Source: Felis catus (lineage: Eukaryota). Taken from it: 64,000 bases of DNA. Below are positions 1-12,335 of this stretch, in pieces. The DNA is taken from NCBI RefSeq assembly GCF_018350175.1, contig NC_058368.1:10044001-10108000 (forward strand). The letters are read 5' to 3'. Every line of letters starts with the position of its first letter. The stretch's first letter is position 1. The notes below the pieces were generated by a model, which saw only the letters and a list, made by a program, of their open reading frames with translations, did no database searches and was not told where the DNA came from. Position numbers and translations under genes: made by a program.

Positions 1-705
1 CCCATTGATAGTCATAGGAATTGAACACCCAGACAAAGAGAGAAATGCAAACTCATCCCCAGGGCAGAGTGTGTATTAGCTACATAAAAGAAGATAGAAC
101 CAGGGACTTGCCAGGTGAGTCCAAGAGGAGGAACATATCCTGAAACATTAATAAGCATCACCTTCTACAAAATGGAGAGATGGAGACGTGGAACATGGCA
201 CACAAGACCCATCCGTTCAACAATCTTAATGCTGATGGATGTGGTATTATTCTCCCAGCAGTGTGTGTGGCCCGAGAGATACGCTGTTCCTGCTTTCTGC
301 GCTTGGAACACCTTACACACCAATGGACATTTTTCTGGAACTGGAGACACAAACTGACATAGCTAAATAAGAAAAGTGAGGGCCTTAATCTGGCTTTGCT
401 CCAGTTTGCTCACAGCTTCATCTTCCTAATATTTAAAATAAAAAGAAAATCTCTCATTTTCATTCATCAGGCTGGGCCTCTGCCGTAAAAGCAAAATCTA
501 ATTCATTTTAGCCAAATTTTGACCATTTTGACTCATTTAGGGGGTCAAGGAAGTAGAATGTGTTGGATTGATTTCTTTCCCCTGGGACTTCTCCAGGGGG
601 CCCGTTGTACAGGGATTCGCAGGTAGAAGTCATATCTATTTTCTTGGTTATTAGACGCCTTCCCTTTCATCCTGAAAGGGAATGTCTTTGAAATAAATCT
701 AAGGG

Positions 706-860
706 AGTAGTTCCTAAACCCAGCTGATGAATAGAATCACCTGGGGGACTTTAAAAACATACAGATTCCTGGATCCCATCCCAGAGCTGCTGAAGTGGAG
801 ACTCTGGGCAGGGCCGGGAAAGATTGTCCCCAGGAGATTGTCGTGCAATCAGCCTGGGCC
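706..860. mobile_element. MER5-like hAT-Charlie MITE remnant
   Basis: ttcctaaacccagctg..agaatcacctggggga ctttaaaaacatacagattcctgg resembles the MER5A/B core; degraded. Confidence 0.6.
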
Positions 861-3434
861 AGCAATTGGCGGAGGCCTCCGGCTTCTCCCCTAGCAGAGT
901 GACCTGAAGGAAATAACCCTAGGGTCACGTCCTGGCCTTTTAGAGGAAGAGAAATTAGCCTCTGAGGCAGCAGGTGGCTATTATCTCCAAGTCTTTAGAG
1001 CATTTAGAGCATCTCTAAGTCTTTAGAGCATTTTCCGGCTGTTTAATTGGGAGCGATTCTGGTCCAGTGTATAACTGGATGTTCAAGGCTTCAGCTTTCC
1101 TTGGGTGGCTCCCAGGTAGCTGCTGCCTAATAGGTTCGTTCCACGCCAGCCCCTGTGCTCTGCTTCCCAAATCCAGAGCGTTCTTCAAGGCCCCGCCAAA
1201 GATCCACCTCCTCCATGAAAACAGCAATGACTGCGTTAGCATCTTCTCCCTCTGAGAATACCCTGGGCTAGTCAGAGGCATATAATTTAACACTTAATTG
1301 TTTTCTAATTGCTTCTGATCTGTTCTGTTCCCTCACCCTATTATAAGCAGCTCAAGGGTGGAGACCACGGTTCTCAGCGACTTTAACAAGGCTGGTTGCC
1401 TGCTTGGCTCACCACCCTGGCCCCAGAGTCCCAAATTGGCATGAAGCTGGTTCTCCATGAATATTTGTTGAATTAATGGATTTGGTGGTGGAATGACTAC
1501 CGGAACATTTAGTAAGAAAACCAACGCCTGTTTACAAATTACCCCATAATGTGCTCTATTCTATTTCATTAAATCACCTTGTGATAGATACGCACCAAAT
1601 GCCTCTGCTGTGCCTGGCCCTGTCCTAGGTGCTGGGGATACAGCCATGAATGTCTTTTATCATGCAGTATGTGCTACCTTTTCAAACAGGGCAAATTAAA
1701 AGCTTACGAAAGTGGAAGTGCTCTTCCAAGTTCTGGAAGCTATGAAAAACAGGGCTGAGATCGGCTCAATAATAATCATAACCCAGAGAAACATAGGATG
1801 ACAATCCAGTGCCTGTGATTAGATTTCGCAAAATTCTAGCCCAAAGTAGCCCGATGTACTAGAACAGAGCCACAGAGAAGACTGGTTTTCTTCCCTTCCA
1901 GAGCCTTCTTCACCACACTTTCGGAGCAATAGAGGCCTCTACAAACTAGCATCGTGGCTCATTTTCAGTTTGGTGTGTTTTCTGTTAAACGTTCAGCTCT
2001 GGGGCAGCATGCGCTGGACAAGGCCAAGTCGTGCCCACAGGCCATTGGCGTCCTCTGATGTCTTGTCCCTATGTGGCAGACTTCTAGAGCCGAGATGTCA
2101 TGACCTCCCTCTGGGCAAGTTGATTTAAAACCAACCAAGACTGGATGATTTGGCCTAAACAAAGCATAGTATTGGTTTTGCAGAAATGAATTCCCTTTTT
2201 CTATAAATTGACTTTGGTTTTCAAAATGTGTGGACTCTGTGGGCCCTTCCTGCTCCACATTTCACCTTTCTGTTACCTTTCCGTGCACACATAAAGGCAG
2301 CGGCAGGCATGTCAGGGACCCAATGCCATACTTTTCTCAGCACATGGCTTCAGCCACTCGGGCTTGTGGTAATTACGGGACGAACTGATTGCAGCAGAAG
2401 AAGCCCACAGAGATTTCTACCGCCAAGTAATTAGGGCCAGAGAGGTTCCACAGGCCATTAGTGTCACTTTCGGGAACAGGATTTTACAAACATTGTGGCA
2501 GGCACTTGATCCAAAGTCCCATGTCTTTTCAAGTAGGAATGAATATCAAAGAGAGAGAGAGAGAGAGATGAATGAAAGAACAAAGGGAGAGAAATTAATC
2601 CAAGCAGAGATCAGGAGGAAAGACAGGGAGAAGCAGAGAAAGCCTTAGGTTTGGGTGGTTGTCCATTTATCAAAGACGACAACCAATGTATGTATTCATG
2701 TAAAGAATCGCTTAGTTGTTTTGACCTCGTGGTTGTCCCTGAAGAAAGGGGTGATTGTCACACGGGAAGGCAAACTTTGCTAGGCAGATTGCTATCCAAA
2801 TGACAGCACTTTGTTTCACATTGGCTCCTCTTCTATTGGGAGTCGATTGTTCTAATGCGATCCCTGGAGTCCTAGGCACGGAACTGCGTGTCACCGAGCC
2901 TCTGGTGGTTCACTAAGTCATCCTCAAGAGTTCAAGTCATTCTTCCCCGCAAAGGGTGTCTTGGTGAAGTTTGGGTCATTATTTTGAAGCATTAGTAAAA
3001 TGGGTTCAGTTTCAACAAATGGTCTATCCTCTGACGTCCAGGGGGGGATAGGGCTGGGAGAGGCAGGGAAAGGACGTGTCCTCCACTATCACATTCCCAG
3101 TATTTTCAGATATATTGACATTCTGATTTCCTTTCAACAGAGATGTCACCACGTTCTACCGTGGCGAAAGTCAGACCTGTCCCTGGGTGGAGCCCAGCGT
3201 GGATTTCTGGCCACCTGTACACCTGGAATTTCCTGATCTGATGTCACTAAATATTTTCAGTAAAGGCAATTATTATGTGACAAAATAAAAAAAAAACCCT
3301 CATTTTCATACCTTTGTAAAACTTGATGATGAAACAGATCAGAAAAAATGATGGCTGTGCTGACATTTTTGTTTTAGAAACTGGGTCACTCCAGGGGACC
3401 CCAGAAATCTTAGGCTACGTACTCTCACCTTGGT

Positions 3435-3632
3435 TATCTATCTACCTATCTATCCATAGCTGATGTAACAATTATCTATCTCTTATCTGTCAACCATCTA
3501 TCATCTACCTATCTTTTGACCTATCCATCTATTCTACTTATCATTTATTTATCTATCAATCACCTATTTATCTTGTCTGCCGATCACATATATTATCTAT
3601 CATCTATCTATCTATCTATCTGTCATCTATCT
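3435..3632. repeat. Degenerate (TATC)n/(GATA)n microsatellite
   Basis: Imperfect tatc/atct run visible directly. Confidence 0.9.
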
Positions 3633-6023
3633 TTGTAGCATTCATTTCTGCACAGCAAACTCTCCCCCAGGTTCTGGGAAACTCTGCATCATGTCCTCAT
3701 ATACATCTCAGAGTGCAGCATTGGTCTGTAATCCTTAGGTTATTCCTCCAGACTGGGCTGGTTCCTCGGCGTTTAGGCCTCCTGAAAAATACTGAAAGCT
3801 GAGGCCCAGCCAATCAACACCTCAGTAGGGGTTGTGCTAAAATTGACTCTGTTTGATACGGTCAGTGAAGCTTGTCTTGGGGACAACCTGTTAGTTCCCC
3901 AACTTGAAAACGATTCTCCTTGTGAAGTTCCTGTGGACAGGCTGTTCTCCGGCACAGCTAACATTAGCCAGCCGATGACCTCCAGGGGCCAGAGGCCTGC
4001 TCTGTCAGACGAGGCTGGGCCCTGGGCTCACACGAAGTCACAGGTGGGGCCAGACCCTGTGAAAGCTAGTGGATTCCTACTCTGTGTACATCTCAGGCTT
4101 TTCCACAAAGCCCTCCGCAAAGCCCACAAAGCTGCCAGAGGCAGAAGGTCACTCTTCTCTGGTGCTCCCCTTGGCGCTTTGTCTTTGGGTCTCCAATAAT
4201 ACTTGCAGCGTGACCATTTATTTTCACGCCTGTCACCCGTGTCACCCAGCCCACGCAGACCCTGGGCTTCCCCGGGACGGAGACTGTGTCGATTCATCCT
4301 TGTTTTTTTCAAGACTAGAAGAACTCTCAGGTCTGCATGGCATCGCTTTTATTTCGTGTTTGTTGCACAAACAAATGAAGCATAAATGAGAGGACGCGGG
4401 TGCTGGTGGCATGGGACTCCTCTCTGACAGTTGTCGCATCTGATTTTCAATCTCCCTGTCTCACCAGTCTCCACCGACCTCATACGGAGTCTTTCCCTAA
4501 CCTTCAGATCTCTCCCAGTCCTCCTTAGTTCCCAGGGAAAACGTGACAGGGGCGGGCGAGAGAGCCAGCAACGTACCCTGCATCAGGTGGCAGAGACCAC
4601 AGGATGCTGGGGTGACAAGCCCCCCGCCGCCACCCCCCGACTCGGTGCTTAAAACAGCAAAGCGTTGTGGGTTTTTTATTTTATTTTTTTTTTAATTTTT
4701 TGAAATTTAGTTTCTCACTCTAAATGTGTATCACTGATTGTCTGGACCTCTCTCTGGGACCTGCGTGAGGGAGCAGCTGCTCCGATCAATAAGACAGGTA
4801 AAAATACGGCAGCGAATCTCTCACTGGTTCGTGAAATCTCCTCACAGAAGTGTGAGGAGTATTTACGTTTCATTGTTCAAACCAAATCACACAGCCACAC
4901 AAAATTTCTGGGGCGGGAGGCGGCGCTAGGAAATGCAATTCTGTCTTGTGCCTAAGAGGAAAACCGAAAATATTTGGTAGAAGGTACTCGTGATTACCAC
5001 AGCTCGAACAAGTGTGCCTGTGTGTGTGTGCACACGTCTGCGCGTGTGTGCGTGTATGGGGGGAAGGATGGGACTCAACTGCCTTGCTTCTTGTTTTGCG
5101 GAATGTCACCTTACTACGCTGGGGCTCCTTTGCTCCCAGTTTTCTGACCCCTTAACACCTCCTGCCACAAAAGGAACCCCAAAATGAAGGCGACACCTAG
5201 GATTCTCCTTACCCTCTGTCCAAATACTCAGACCTTGAGAACCACCCTCTACGAGGGGCGCTATCCCGGACTTTTCCTTTATCATTTATATGTATCAACG
5301 CCACCCCCAGATCTACTGTGGTGACAGAGGAGGGAACAGGAGGGAGGGCTGACAGCCTGGTGGGAACGCAGGTCGGCAGGGCTGAGGGCCCCCAGGAGCT
5401 GGGACTTTAAGGCTCAGGCGGTCTCTACAAATGGTCTGTTGCCCTGTCCCGTCCTGTGAGCTGGAACCCACTCCTCTCCTGTTTGTTCCTGCCTCCCTGC
5501 GATTTCAGCCACGGGGTGAGAGTCTCCTGTGTCCTCTTACCTTTTGTTCTCTTTCGGCTTACCTCTCCCTTTCCGACCCTGGGCTGATAGTCACCCCCAT
5601 TCCAAAGACAGCTCTCAGAGGTGGCTTGGACTTTAGCTCCCCTGCCATAGTCTTCCTCGACTCTATCCTTCACCACCAAACCCCTCCAAGTAAAATAGAA
5701 TCTCACGAAGACTAGTGCACCTGCTAAGAAGTCAACGCCTCAAGACAGGCCTTCCAGACCCCCATCCCAACCTCTTTTAAGGCCTCTTGTACAGGTGAGT
5801 GTTGTGGTCACATCTGTTCCTGGACTCGGTTACTTGACACTTTGGTTTCATGGCCTGACAGAGCTGTGACCTGCCCCCAGTCAACTTGGCCAGGACGGAC
5901 CTGCGGTAGTTCAGGTCCCTGACCGTCGTGCCTTGTAGGAAAGCTCCGGAGAATTAAACATAATATGATCACTCTTTCCCAGTAAAGGTGGGATTGAGAG
6001 GGGAGAGGAGTGACTCTCTTAAA

Positions 6024-6210
6024 GCAAAGGTTCTCAAAGTGTGGCCCCTGGACCAGCAGTACCATTGCCATCTGAGAACTGGTTGGAAATGCAAATTCTT
6101 GGGCCTACCCTAGACCTACTGAAGAAACTCTGGTGATCCGGAGGCGGAAATCCGTGCTTTACCAAGCTCTGTGGGGAATCCCGATGCACGCTCAAGTTGA
6201 AGAACCACTG
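6024..6210. mobile_element. MER5A hAT-Charlie MITE, near full length
   Basis: Terminal inverted repeats caaaggttctcaaagtgtgg ... ttgaagaaccactg; internal gaaatgcaaattcttgggcctaccctagacctactgaa. Confidence 0.85.
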
Positions 6211-6224
6211 GCTTCAAACCGAGG

Positions 6225-6635
6225 CTGGTCTTCAGCCTTCTGCATTCGAAGCGCTTGGGTGGCCTTTTAAAAACTCATACCCCTGTGGGGCACCCGGGTG
6301 GCTCAGCCAGTTAAGTGTCTGACATCGGCTCAGGTCAAGATCTCACGGTTCGTGGGCTCGAGCCCCGCATGTGGCTCCACACAGTGTGGAGCCTGCTTGG
6401 GATTCTCTCTCCCTCCCTCTCTCTCTGCCCCTTCCCCACCCGTGCCTTCTCTCTCTCTCTCCCAAAATAAATAAATAAATAAATAAATAAATAACTCATT
6501 CACTCACTCACTCACTCACACCTTGACACCAACCTCAGACCTACTGGATCAGAGTCTCTGAGATCCACCAAGAATCTCCATTTTAATAAATGCCCCTGGG
6601 GAGCCTATGGTCATTAAAGTTTGCAGAAACACTGA
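6225..6635. mobile_element. Second MER5-like MITE split by a CanSINE
   Basis: cagacctactggatcagagtctctg...attttaataaatgcccctggggag...aaagtttgcagaaacactg resumes after the SINE at 6287-6494. Confidence 0.6.
6287..6494 (+). mobile_element. CanSINE (older SINEC type)
   Basis: tRNA-Lys-like head ggggcacccgggtggctcag, B box, (CT)n tract, (TAAA)n tail. Confidence 0.95.
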
Positions 6636-7419
6636 TGGAAAGCCTAGGGAGTCAGGGCCTGGAAGGCTTGGGAAAATCAGAGTTATTCCAACCACAGGAA
6701 ACAAGACCAAAAAAACCAGACAAGTATTGGGCAGCCAAGTAGCATAAATGCGGTCAGTTTTTGACCATCTGGTTGGAGGATTTAGGGGCCCTTTAACTCC
6801 CATACGTTTCTGTTTAACCTCAGTTATGATATCACAAGCTCCCAATGGCTTTCTGGCTGGACATTGGTATCTCTTGAAACATTTGCCTTAGTTCTTTCTG
6901 AGAGCTGGCCTTAAGGAGAGGTCCCAGGGCCCCCGGCCTAATTCCTCAACCTGCCACCGTGCAGGTGGAGGCCCCTTGGGGGGCCTGTTCCGTGGGCACC
7001 GCTGTCACCTTACTCCGACCACAGGGCGGGGAGGGGACGTCGCTCTCCTGGGTGTAGAGCGGTTCCCTCCCTTAATGCCTCTTTGTAGAGCAGAGACCAG
7101 GCTGAAATTACAAACAGGGCTCTACTGAAGGTTCCGGGGCAAATGGAAGGGAAGCATAACACAGAAAATGTCCCCCTGTCCCGTAGACCCAGACCCACCA
7201 CGGCATATCTCACAGGACAGGCCTCCTGCATTCTTCCAGACTTGCATAAATGTTCCCCAGATCTCTGTGCCTCAGAAAGAGGACTAACATGGACCTTGGG
7301 CTTGGAAGTGAGCTGGACGTTTCCTTTCCTGTCCAGGGTTGGCTGCCTCCAGGCACGGCTGGCTGGAGGGGCATTTGTTCCTTTCAAGGAAAGGTCCGCT
7401 TTCACCCTCGGTCCCTTTT

Positions 7420-7850
7420 AGGTGTTCTGAGAAGCGGATGCCAGGCCAAGATGACACATGAGAGACGGGTTGGGGGAAATGTGTGGAAAGCACAAAGGGG
7501 GAAAGAGTCAAAGCGGGCAGAGCCTGCAGACAGGGAGGCAGGGCTGACATCCGCGGAGGGACAGGGAAGGAAGATTGGCTGGGCAGGGTCTCCAAACGCT
7601 GTACAGTTTGGAGAGGGTCTTTCCAAGCTTCTGGGGAGACCTCAAGCAAAGGACGTCTGTTGGAATGACGAGCAGCAATGTCCCGGCCCTAGAACCCACG
7701 AGGCTTAGTCATTGGCTGGAAGCATCCAGGGGAAGTGAAGGCTCTGGAGGGGCCAGAGGTGCGGCAGCTGGAGACCCTCGGTCAGCTACGCCTGCTGCAG
7801 CAGTCGCTCTTGGAGGCAGAGCTGAAAGGCACTGCCCGTGGCCGCCACGG
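7420..7850 (-). mobile_element. LTR16-like ERVL long terminal repeat (3' LTR of decayed provirus)
   Basis: LTR16-like sequence; on the minus strand it is preceded by a polypurine tract (aaggaggggg, plus strand 7853-7862) and ERVL internal sequence. Confidence 0.7.
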
Positions 7851-8693
7851 CACCCCCTCCTTGTGCCAGGCTGAATTCCTTCTCCAGGCAAGTGTGGGGA
7901 ATATGGTTCTTGTGGGCCTTTCTTCCCAAGGAGAAACTTAGGAGGAGGCTAGAGGGAAGAACTCCCTCTTCTATCAGTGCAAGCAACACTACAACGATCA
8001 AGGTCTTTTTTTCTTTGCTTCGCTTTTTAAATTCCCTCCTCCCAGGGCGCCTGGGTGGCTCAGTCGGATAAGTGTTTGACGTCGCCCAGGTCATGATCTC
8101 ACGGTTTGTGAGTCTGAGCCCCGCAAATCCTGGAGCCTGTTCCGGATTCTGTGTCTCCCTCTCTCTCTCTCTGCCCCTTCCCGGCTCGCGCTCTGTCTGT
8201 CTGTCTCTCTCTCAAAAAATGAATGGACGTGAAAAAAACTAAAAAATAATAATAATAAATTCCCCTCTCCCTAAGCTATCAGGTCAACAGGTCACCCCCT
8301 CATTCCTGAGGCTCTGGGTTCTTGGTGACCCCATCCTTGTTGGGGCCAGGACAGATGCTACATGTGTTCATCCACAGTTGCAACTGGGCGAGGGCATGCC
8401 AAGAGACATGCCAAGGCCCATCTGGGCTCCCCACATATTCCAGCCCACCCTTGCTGAAGAAAGGCAGTCCCGCCTCCTCCTGCCGACCAGCGTCAATCAC
8501 CCCTGCCAATATGGCGGTTCTTCTTCCTATTGGCCGCTGGACACAAGGTGTCCAAAGTGCCCCGGCTGCAGCCATAACTTGTACTTCAAAGGGACCCTTG
8601 TGGTGTCCCCTGGGAAGAGTGTATCCCCTTTGGGGGCCAGGGTCTCTAACCCTGCAGAGCCCAGAGTTGTGGGGACAGAAAGCACAGAGTCTC
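7851..8693 (-). pseudogene. ERV-L internal fragment encoding a decayed dUTPase / pol C-terminal region
   Basis: Minus-strand translation SVLSVPTTLGSAGLETLAPKGDTLFPGDTTRVPLKYKLWLQPGHFG* then frameshift to AILAGVIDAGRQEE..KGGLEY; matches recalled HERV-L dUTPase (PATLRSAGLEVLVPEGGMLPPGDTT..LPPGHFG..VLAGVIDPDY); stop at 8527-8529; interrupted by SINE 8044-8256. Confidence 0.85.
8044..8256 (+). mobile_element. CanSINE inserted in ERV-L internal region
   Basis: SINEC head, CT tract and A tail; TSD-like aaattccctcctccc / aaattcccctctccc. Confidence 0.95.
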
Positions 8694-9121
8694 TTCTGTG
8701 GCCTGAATGTGTCCCCTGAAAATTCATGTGCTGAGATCTGCTAGGGAAAACCACACTCCTGTGCCTCTCAGCCCTCCCCCACAGTGATACTTCACCTCTG
8801 ACACCAGACATGTGGGTCTCCCACACGTTAAGCAACCCTGCACCACCCGCTGGGTGTCCTCCAATTTAACTCAATTCAGACGCTCTCCCCCTGGAGCAGG
8901 CTTCAGATCCCACAGGTTGTGGGCTCAGTCCCACAAGACTGCCCCCTGCCTTCAGACGCCAATCCAAGTCGTTACCTGTCCTTCTGACCGGTGAACTGAA
9001 AGACTCCCTTCTTGGGTGTGATTAATTTGCTAGAGCAGCTCACAGAACTCAGAAAAAACTACAATTTATTTACTAGATTACCAGCCTGTTACAAAGGATA
9101 TTAAAGAATACAAATGCACCA

Positions 9122-9902
9122 TGGACGGTCCAGGCTGCCCCCAAATGTGTCGCTTTGGCATATTGACTATTTTTCTTTAATTTTTTTTTAATGTTTATTT
9201 ATTTCTGAGAGAGAGAGAGACAGAGACAGAGCGTGAGCAGGGGAGGGGCAGAGAGAGGGGGAGACACAGAATCTGAAGCAGGCTCCAGGTTCCGAGCTGT
9301 CAGCACAGAGCCAGATGCGGGGCTCGAACTCACCGCAAGGTCATGACCTGAGCCAAAGTCGGACGCCCAGCTGACTGAGCCACTCAGGCGCCCTGGCATA
9401 TCGACAACTTTAAATAAAAGTTACTTAAGAGCCAGCCTGTGCAAAAAGGACACTCTCCCTCCTCTGTCTCCCTGGAAGCAGGAAATAAATCTCCTTTGTG
9501 AAAGGTACCTTCCCTGCACCAGGAGGTAAGAGACATCCTTATCACTAGAGATGAGAAATTCAGAGCAGAGGAGGCTATATAAACACTGCTTGTTACTTTT
9601 ACTAATTTACTCCCCCAGTCCAAATGCTGTTTAGAAGTCCTTACTAAACGAAGTTCCCCAAGTTAAATATTCTCTGTCCTGTCAACTCCTCACACATTTA
9701 CTGTCTTGTCTAAAAGGTAGATAAACTGCCTACTATGGTCATTTCTTTGAGTCTCAATTTCATTCTATTGGGGCTCCTTGCACACATAATAAAACTGTTT
9801 TGTTTTTTTTTTTCTCCAGTTACTCTGTCTCAAGTCAATTTAATTCTTAGTCCTGCTGGAAGACCTGGAAGGTGGAGGAAGAATTTTTCCTTCCTTTCAA
9901 CA
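9122..9902 (+). mobile_element. MER34-like ERV1 solo LTR
   Basis: Starts tggacggtccaggctgcccccaaatgtgtcgctttggcatattg; TATA-like ctatataaa and AATAAA present; ends ttccttcctttcaaca; flanks acca/ccca. Confidence 0.75.
9174..9395 (-). mobile_element. SINEC_Fc-type CanSINE within MER34-like LTR
   Basis: Full SINE on minus strand; degenerate TSD ggcatattgactatttt / ggcatatcgacaacttt. Confidence 0.95.
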
Positions 9903-10264
9903 CCCAGGTGAAGGGATACACAGGGCACGGTCCAGAAGGGTCCAAAGCTCAGGAGCTTGTGAGTTTGGGATGTACCACCCTCCTGACAGGTAGATGCATT
10001 CTTGTTTACCAGCCCAGAAACTTTCTGAGCCCCGTTCTTTTGGGTTTTTTTCCTGGAAGGTTCATTGCATGGATGTAATTGATTAAATCATTGGCTATTG
10101 GTTATTGATCTCAATTTTCAACCCTCTAATTGCGTAGTTGGGTTCCCTGGCACCTTTCCCAAAGTCACGGCATTAACATAAACTCAGGTGCGGAGGAAAG
10201 GGGCTTGTTATGAATATCAAAGACACCCATTTCAGCTTTATCTCTTTGGACTATTTTATTGTCC

Positions 10265-10458
10265 TTTTTTTTCTTTTTTAGTGGGGGGGCAGGTGCATGC
10301 ACGCCAGCAAGAGAGGGGCAGAGGGAGAAGGAGAGAGAATCTCAAGCAGGCTCCACACTCAGTGTAGAGTCTGACTCAAGGCTCGATCCCACGAACCGTG
10401 AGATCATGACCTGAGCCCAAATCGAGTTGGATGCTTAACCAACTGAGCCACCCAGGCA
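10265..10458 (-). mobile_element. CanSINE within MER21
   Basis: gagatcatgacctgagc..cttaaccaactgagccacccaggc. Confidence 0.9.
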
Positions 10459-10902
10459 TAGGACCTGGGAACAAAGATGTCCCTATAGCTCTTATCACTC
10501 AGGGCATTACAAAGTGCCAGGAACCATGGAAGAAGACCACATATAATAAATTTCAACATCAGATCCTAATGCCCATCATAGGTATTCAGAGGTGAGGTCT
10601 TTGGGGGGCGGTGAGTAGGTCATGAGGGTGGAGACTCATAACTGAGATTAATGCCCCAATAAAAAAGGCTCTAGAGAAATCCTTGGCCCTTCTGCCACAT
10701 AGGAACATAACAAGAACTCTGTGGTGCAGAAGAGGGCCCTCACCTGAGCACGCTGGCACCCTGACCATGGACTTGCAGCCTCCAGAGCCGGGAGAAAGAA
10801 GTCTCTGTTGTTCATAAGCCACCCAGTCTCTGGTATTTAGTTACTGCCCTGAAAGGACTAAGGCAGTCCCCAAGTGGGTCATTGGGAGTCATGGGAAGTG
10901 GG

Positions 10903-11392
10903 TTTTCTATTTGCTATAACTAATTACCTTAAACTCAGTGGCCGAAAGCAACACAAATTCATTATCTTATAGTTCTGTCGATCGGCAGCTACCATAGGTC
11001 TCACTGGGCTGAGATCTAAATGCTGGCCGGGCCACAAATCTCTCTGGAGGTCCTAGGGGAGAATCTGTTTTCTTAACTTCTTCACCTTCTAGAGGCTACT
11101 CACGTCCCTTGGCTCGTGGCCTCTTCCTCCGCCTTTAAAGCAAGTGACATTGATCTCTCAGACCATTCTTTCACAGTCACACGGCCCTCTGACCTTAGCT
11201 AGGAACGATCATTCAACAGTAAGGACCCACATGACCATGGGATTACTGGATAATCCTGGACAATCTCCCCATCTCAAGGTCCTTGACTTAATCCCATCTG
11301 CAAAGTTGCTTTTGCTATCTCAGGTAACCTATTCACAGGTCTGGAGACTGGGCCACGGACATCTTTGGGAGGCCCTTTCTCCGCCTGCTATA
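10903..11392 (-). mobile_element. MLT1D/E-type MaLR LTR
   Basis: gcaacacaaattcattatcttatagttctg..ctagaggctactcacgtcccttggctcgtggcc..aatctccccatctcaaggtccttgacttaatcccatctgcaaag. Confidence 0.85.
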
Positions 11393-12165
11393 GTGGGGTG
11401 GGTGCAAGGCCTGTGCAGCATCTTGCCACTCAGGAGAAGTGCCAGTTCTGAACCACCTCTGTAGGTGCTGAGCATTCAGGGGGTCTGCAGAGCTGAAATC
11501 CTAGAGGACATCCCAAGTTTCAAGATCCCCGATTTTTTCCAACCATTGCCCCCCAATTAGCATAAAGAACCCACTTTGACTGAGCAGGCTGACCTCACTC
11601 TGTCCTCTAATCTGCTAGGGCTCCCGCTGACCACACCCAACCAAAGACCAGAGGGTAAGGCAGCCCCTCATGTGGTCAGACAGGTGAGTTTCCTAGGACA
11701 GGGAGCGAATACTGAGCAGCCAGGGCCGGGGGGTGGGGACGGCAGCCACATATCCCCTGCTTGTGTAGGTCAGGTGCAGCCCAAGGTCACGCAAACAGCT
11801 GAATAAAGAAGATAAATAACAATTCATCTTTCATTGGTTGACTAAGCAAATTTTTTTGGAGTCAGTGTAGTGCTAGGTGCTGGAGATAGAAAGATGAGCA
11901 AGTAGGTAACTTTGTTCCTTGTTGGGCGTTCTGAACAGTTAAAGCCACTGAACGAAGTAAGGCTTGGGAGCTGACGCAGTGTTTATCCGGGCCTCCGATT
12001 GCTGACAGATAATTGAGCTAGAAGACACAGGTGCTATTCTGAGTAAGAACCTGCCTATGGGTAATGATTGAGAGATGCTAGAAGGATCCACTAACCCACT
12101 GGAGACCGAATCCCATAATTTGAGTTCAGAGATGGGTCTTAAAGGATTTTTTGCTTTTTAAAAAA

Positions 12166-12335
12166 ATTTTTTAAATGTTTATTTATTTTTGAGAGAGAGA
12201 TAGAGCATGAGCAGGGGAGGGGCAGAGAGAGAGGGAGGGCCCAACGCTGGGCTCAAACCCATGAATCGTGAGATCGTGACCTGAGCCGAAAGCAAGAGTT
12301 GGACGCTCAGGAGACTGAGCCACCCAGGCGACCCC
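12166..12335 (-). mobile_element. CanSINE (internally deleted)
   Basis: T-rich tail, (GA)n tract, head actgagccacccaggcg. Confidence 0.9.

Larger units (their letters stand above)
8739..10561 (-). mobile_element. MER21-type solo LTR (contains MER34-like LTR and two SINEs)
   Basis: cagatcccacaggttgtgggctcagtcccacaagactgcccc and attaatttgctagagcagctcacagaactcag motifs; TG..CA ends flanked by gatc on both sides. Confidence 0.85.
8694..10865 (+). mobile_element. MLT1A-type MaLR LTR, split by a MER21 insertion
   Basis: 5' part ttctgtggcctgaatgtgtcccctgaaaattcatgtg (8694-8738) resumes at 10562 and ends ..ggactaaggca; flanks gtctc/gtccc (5-bp TSD, one mismatch). Confidence 0.85.

Noticed and set aside
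965..982. CTCF-like motifs (also about 4581, 41290, 51893)
   Set aside because: Each has two or more mismatches to the core; expected by chance in GC-rich DNA.
7589..7614. Near-perfect hairpin tctccaaac..gtttggaga
   Set aside because: Short, and inside an old LTR; no support for function.
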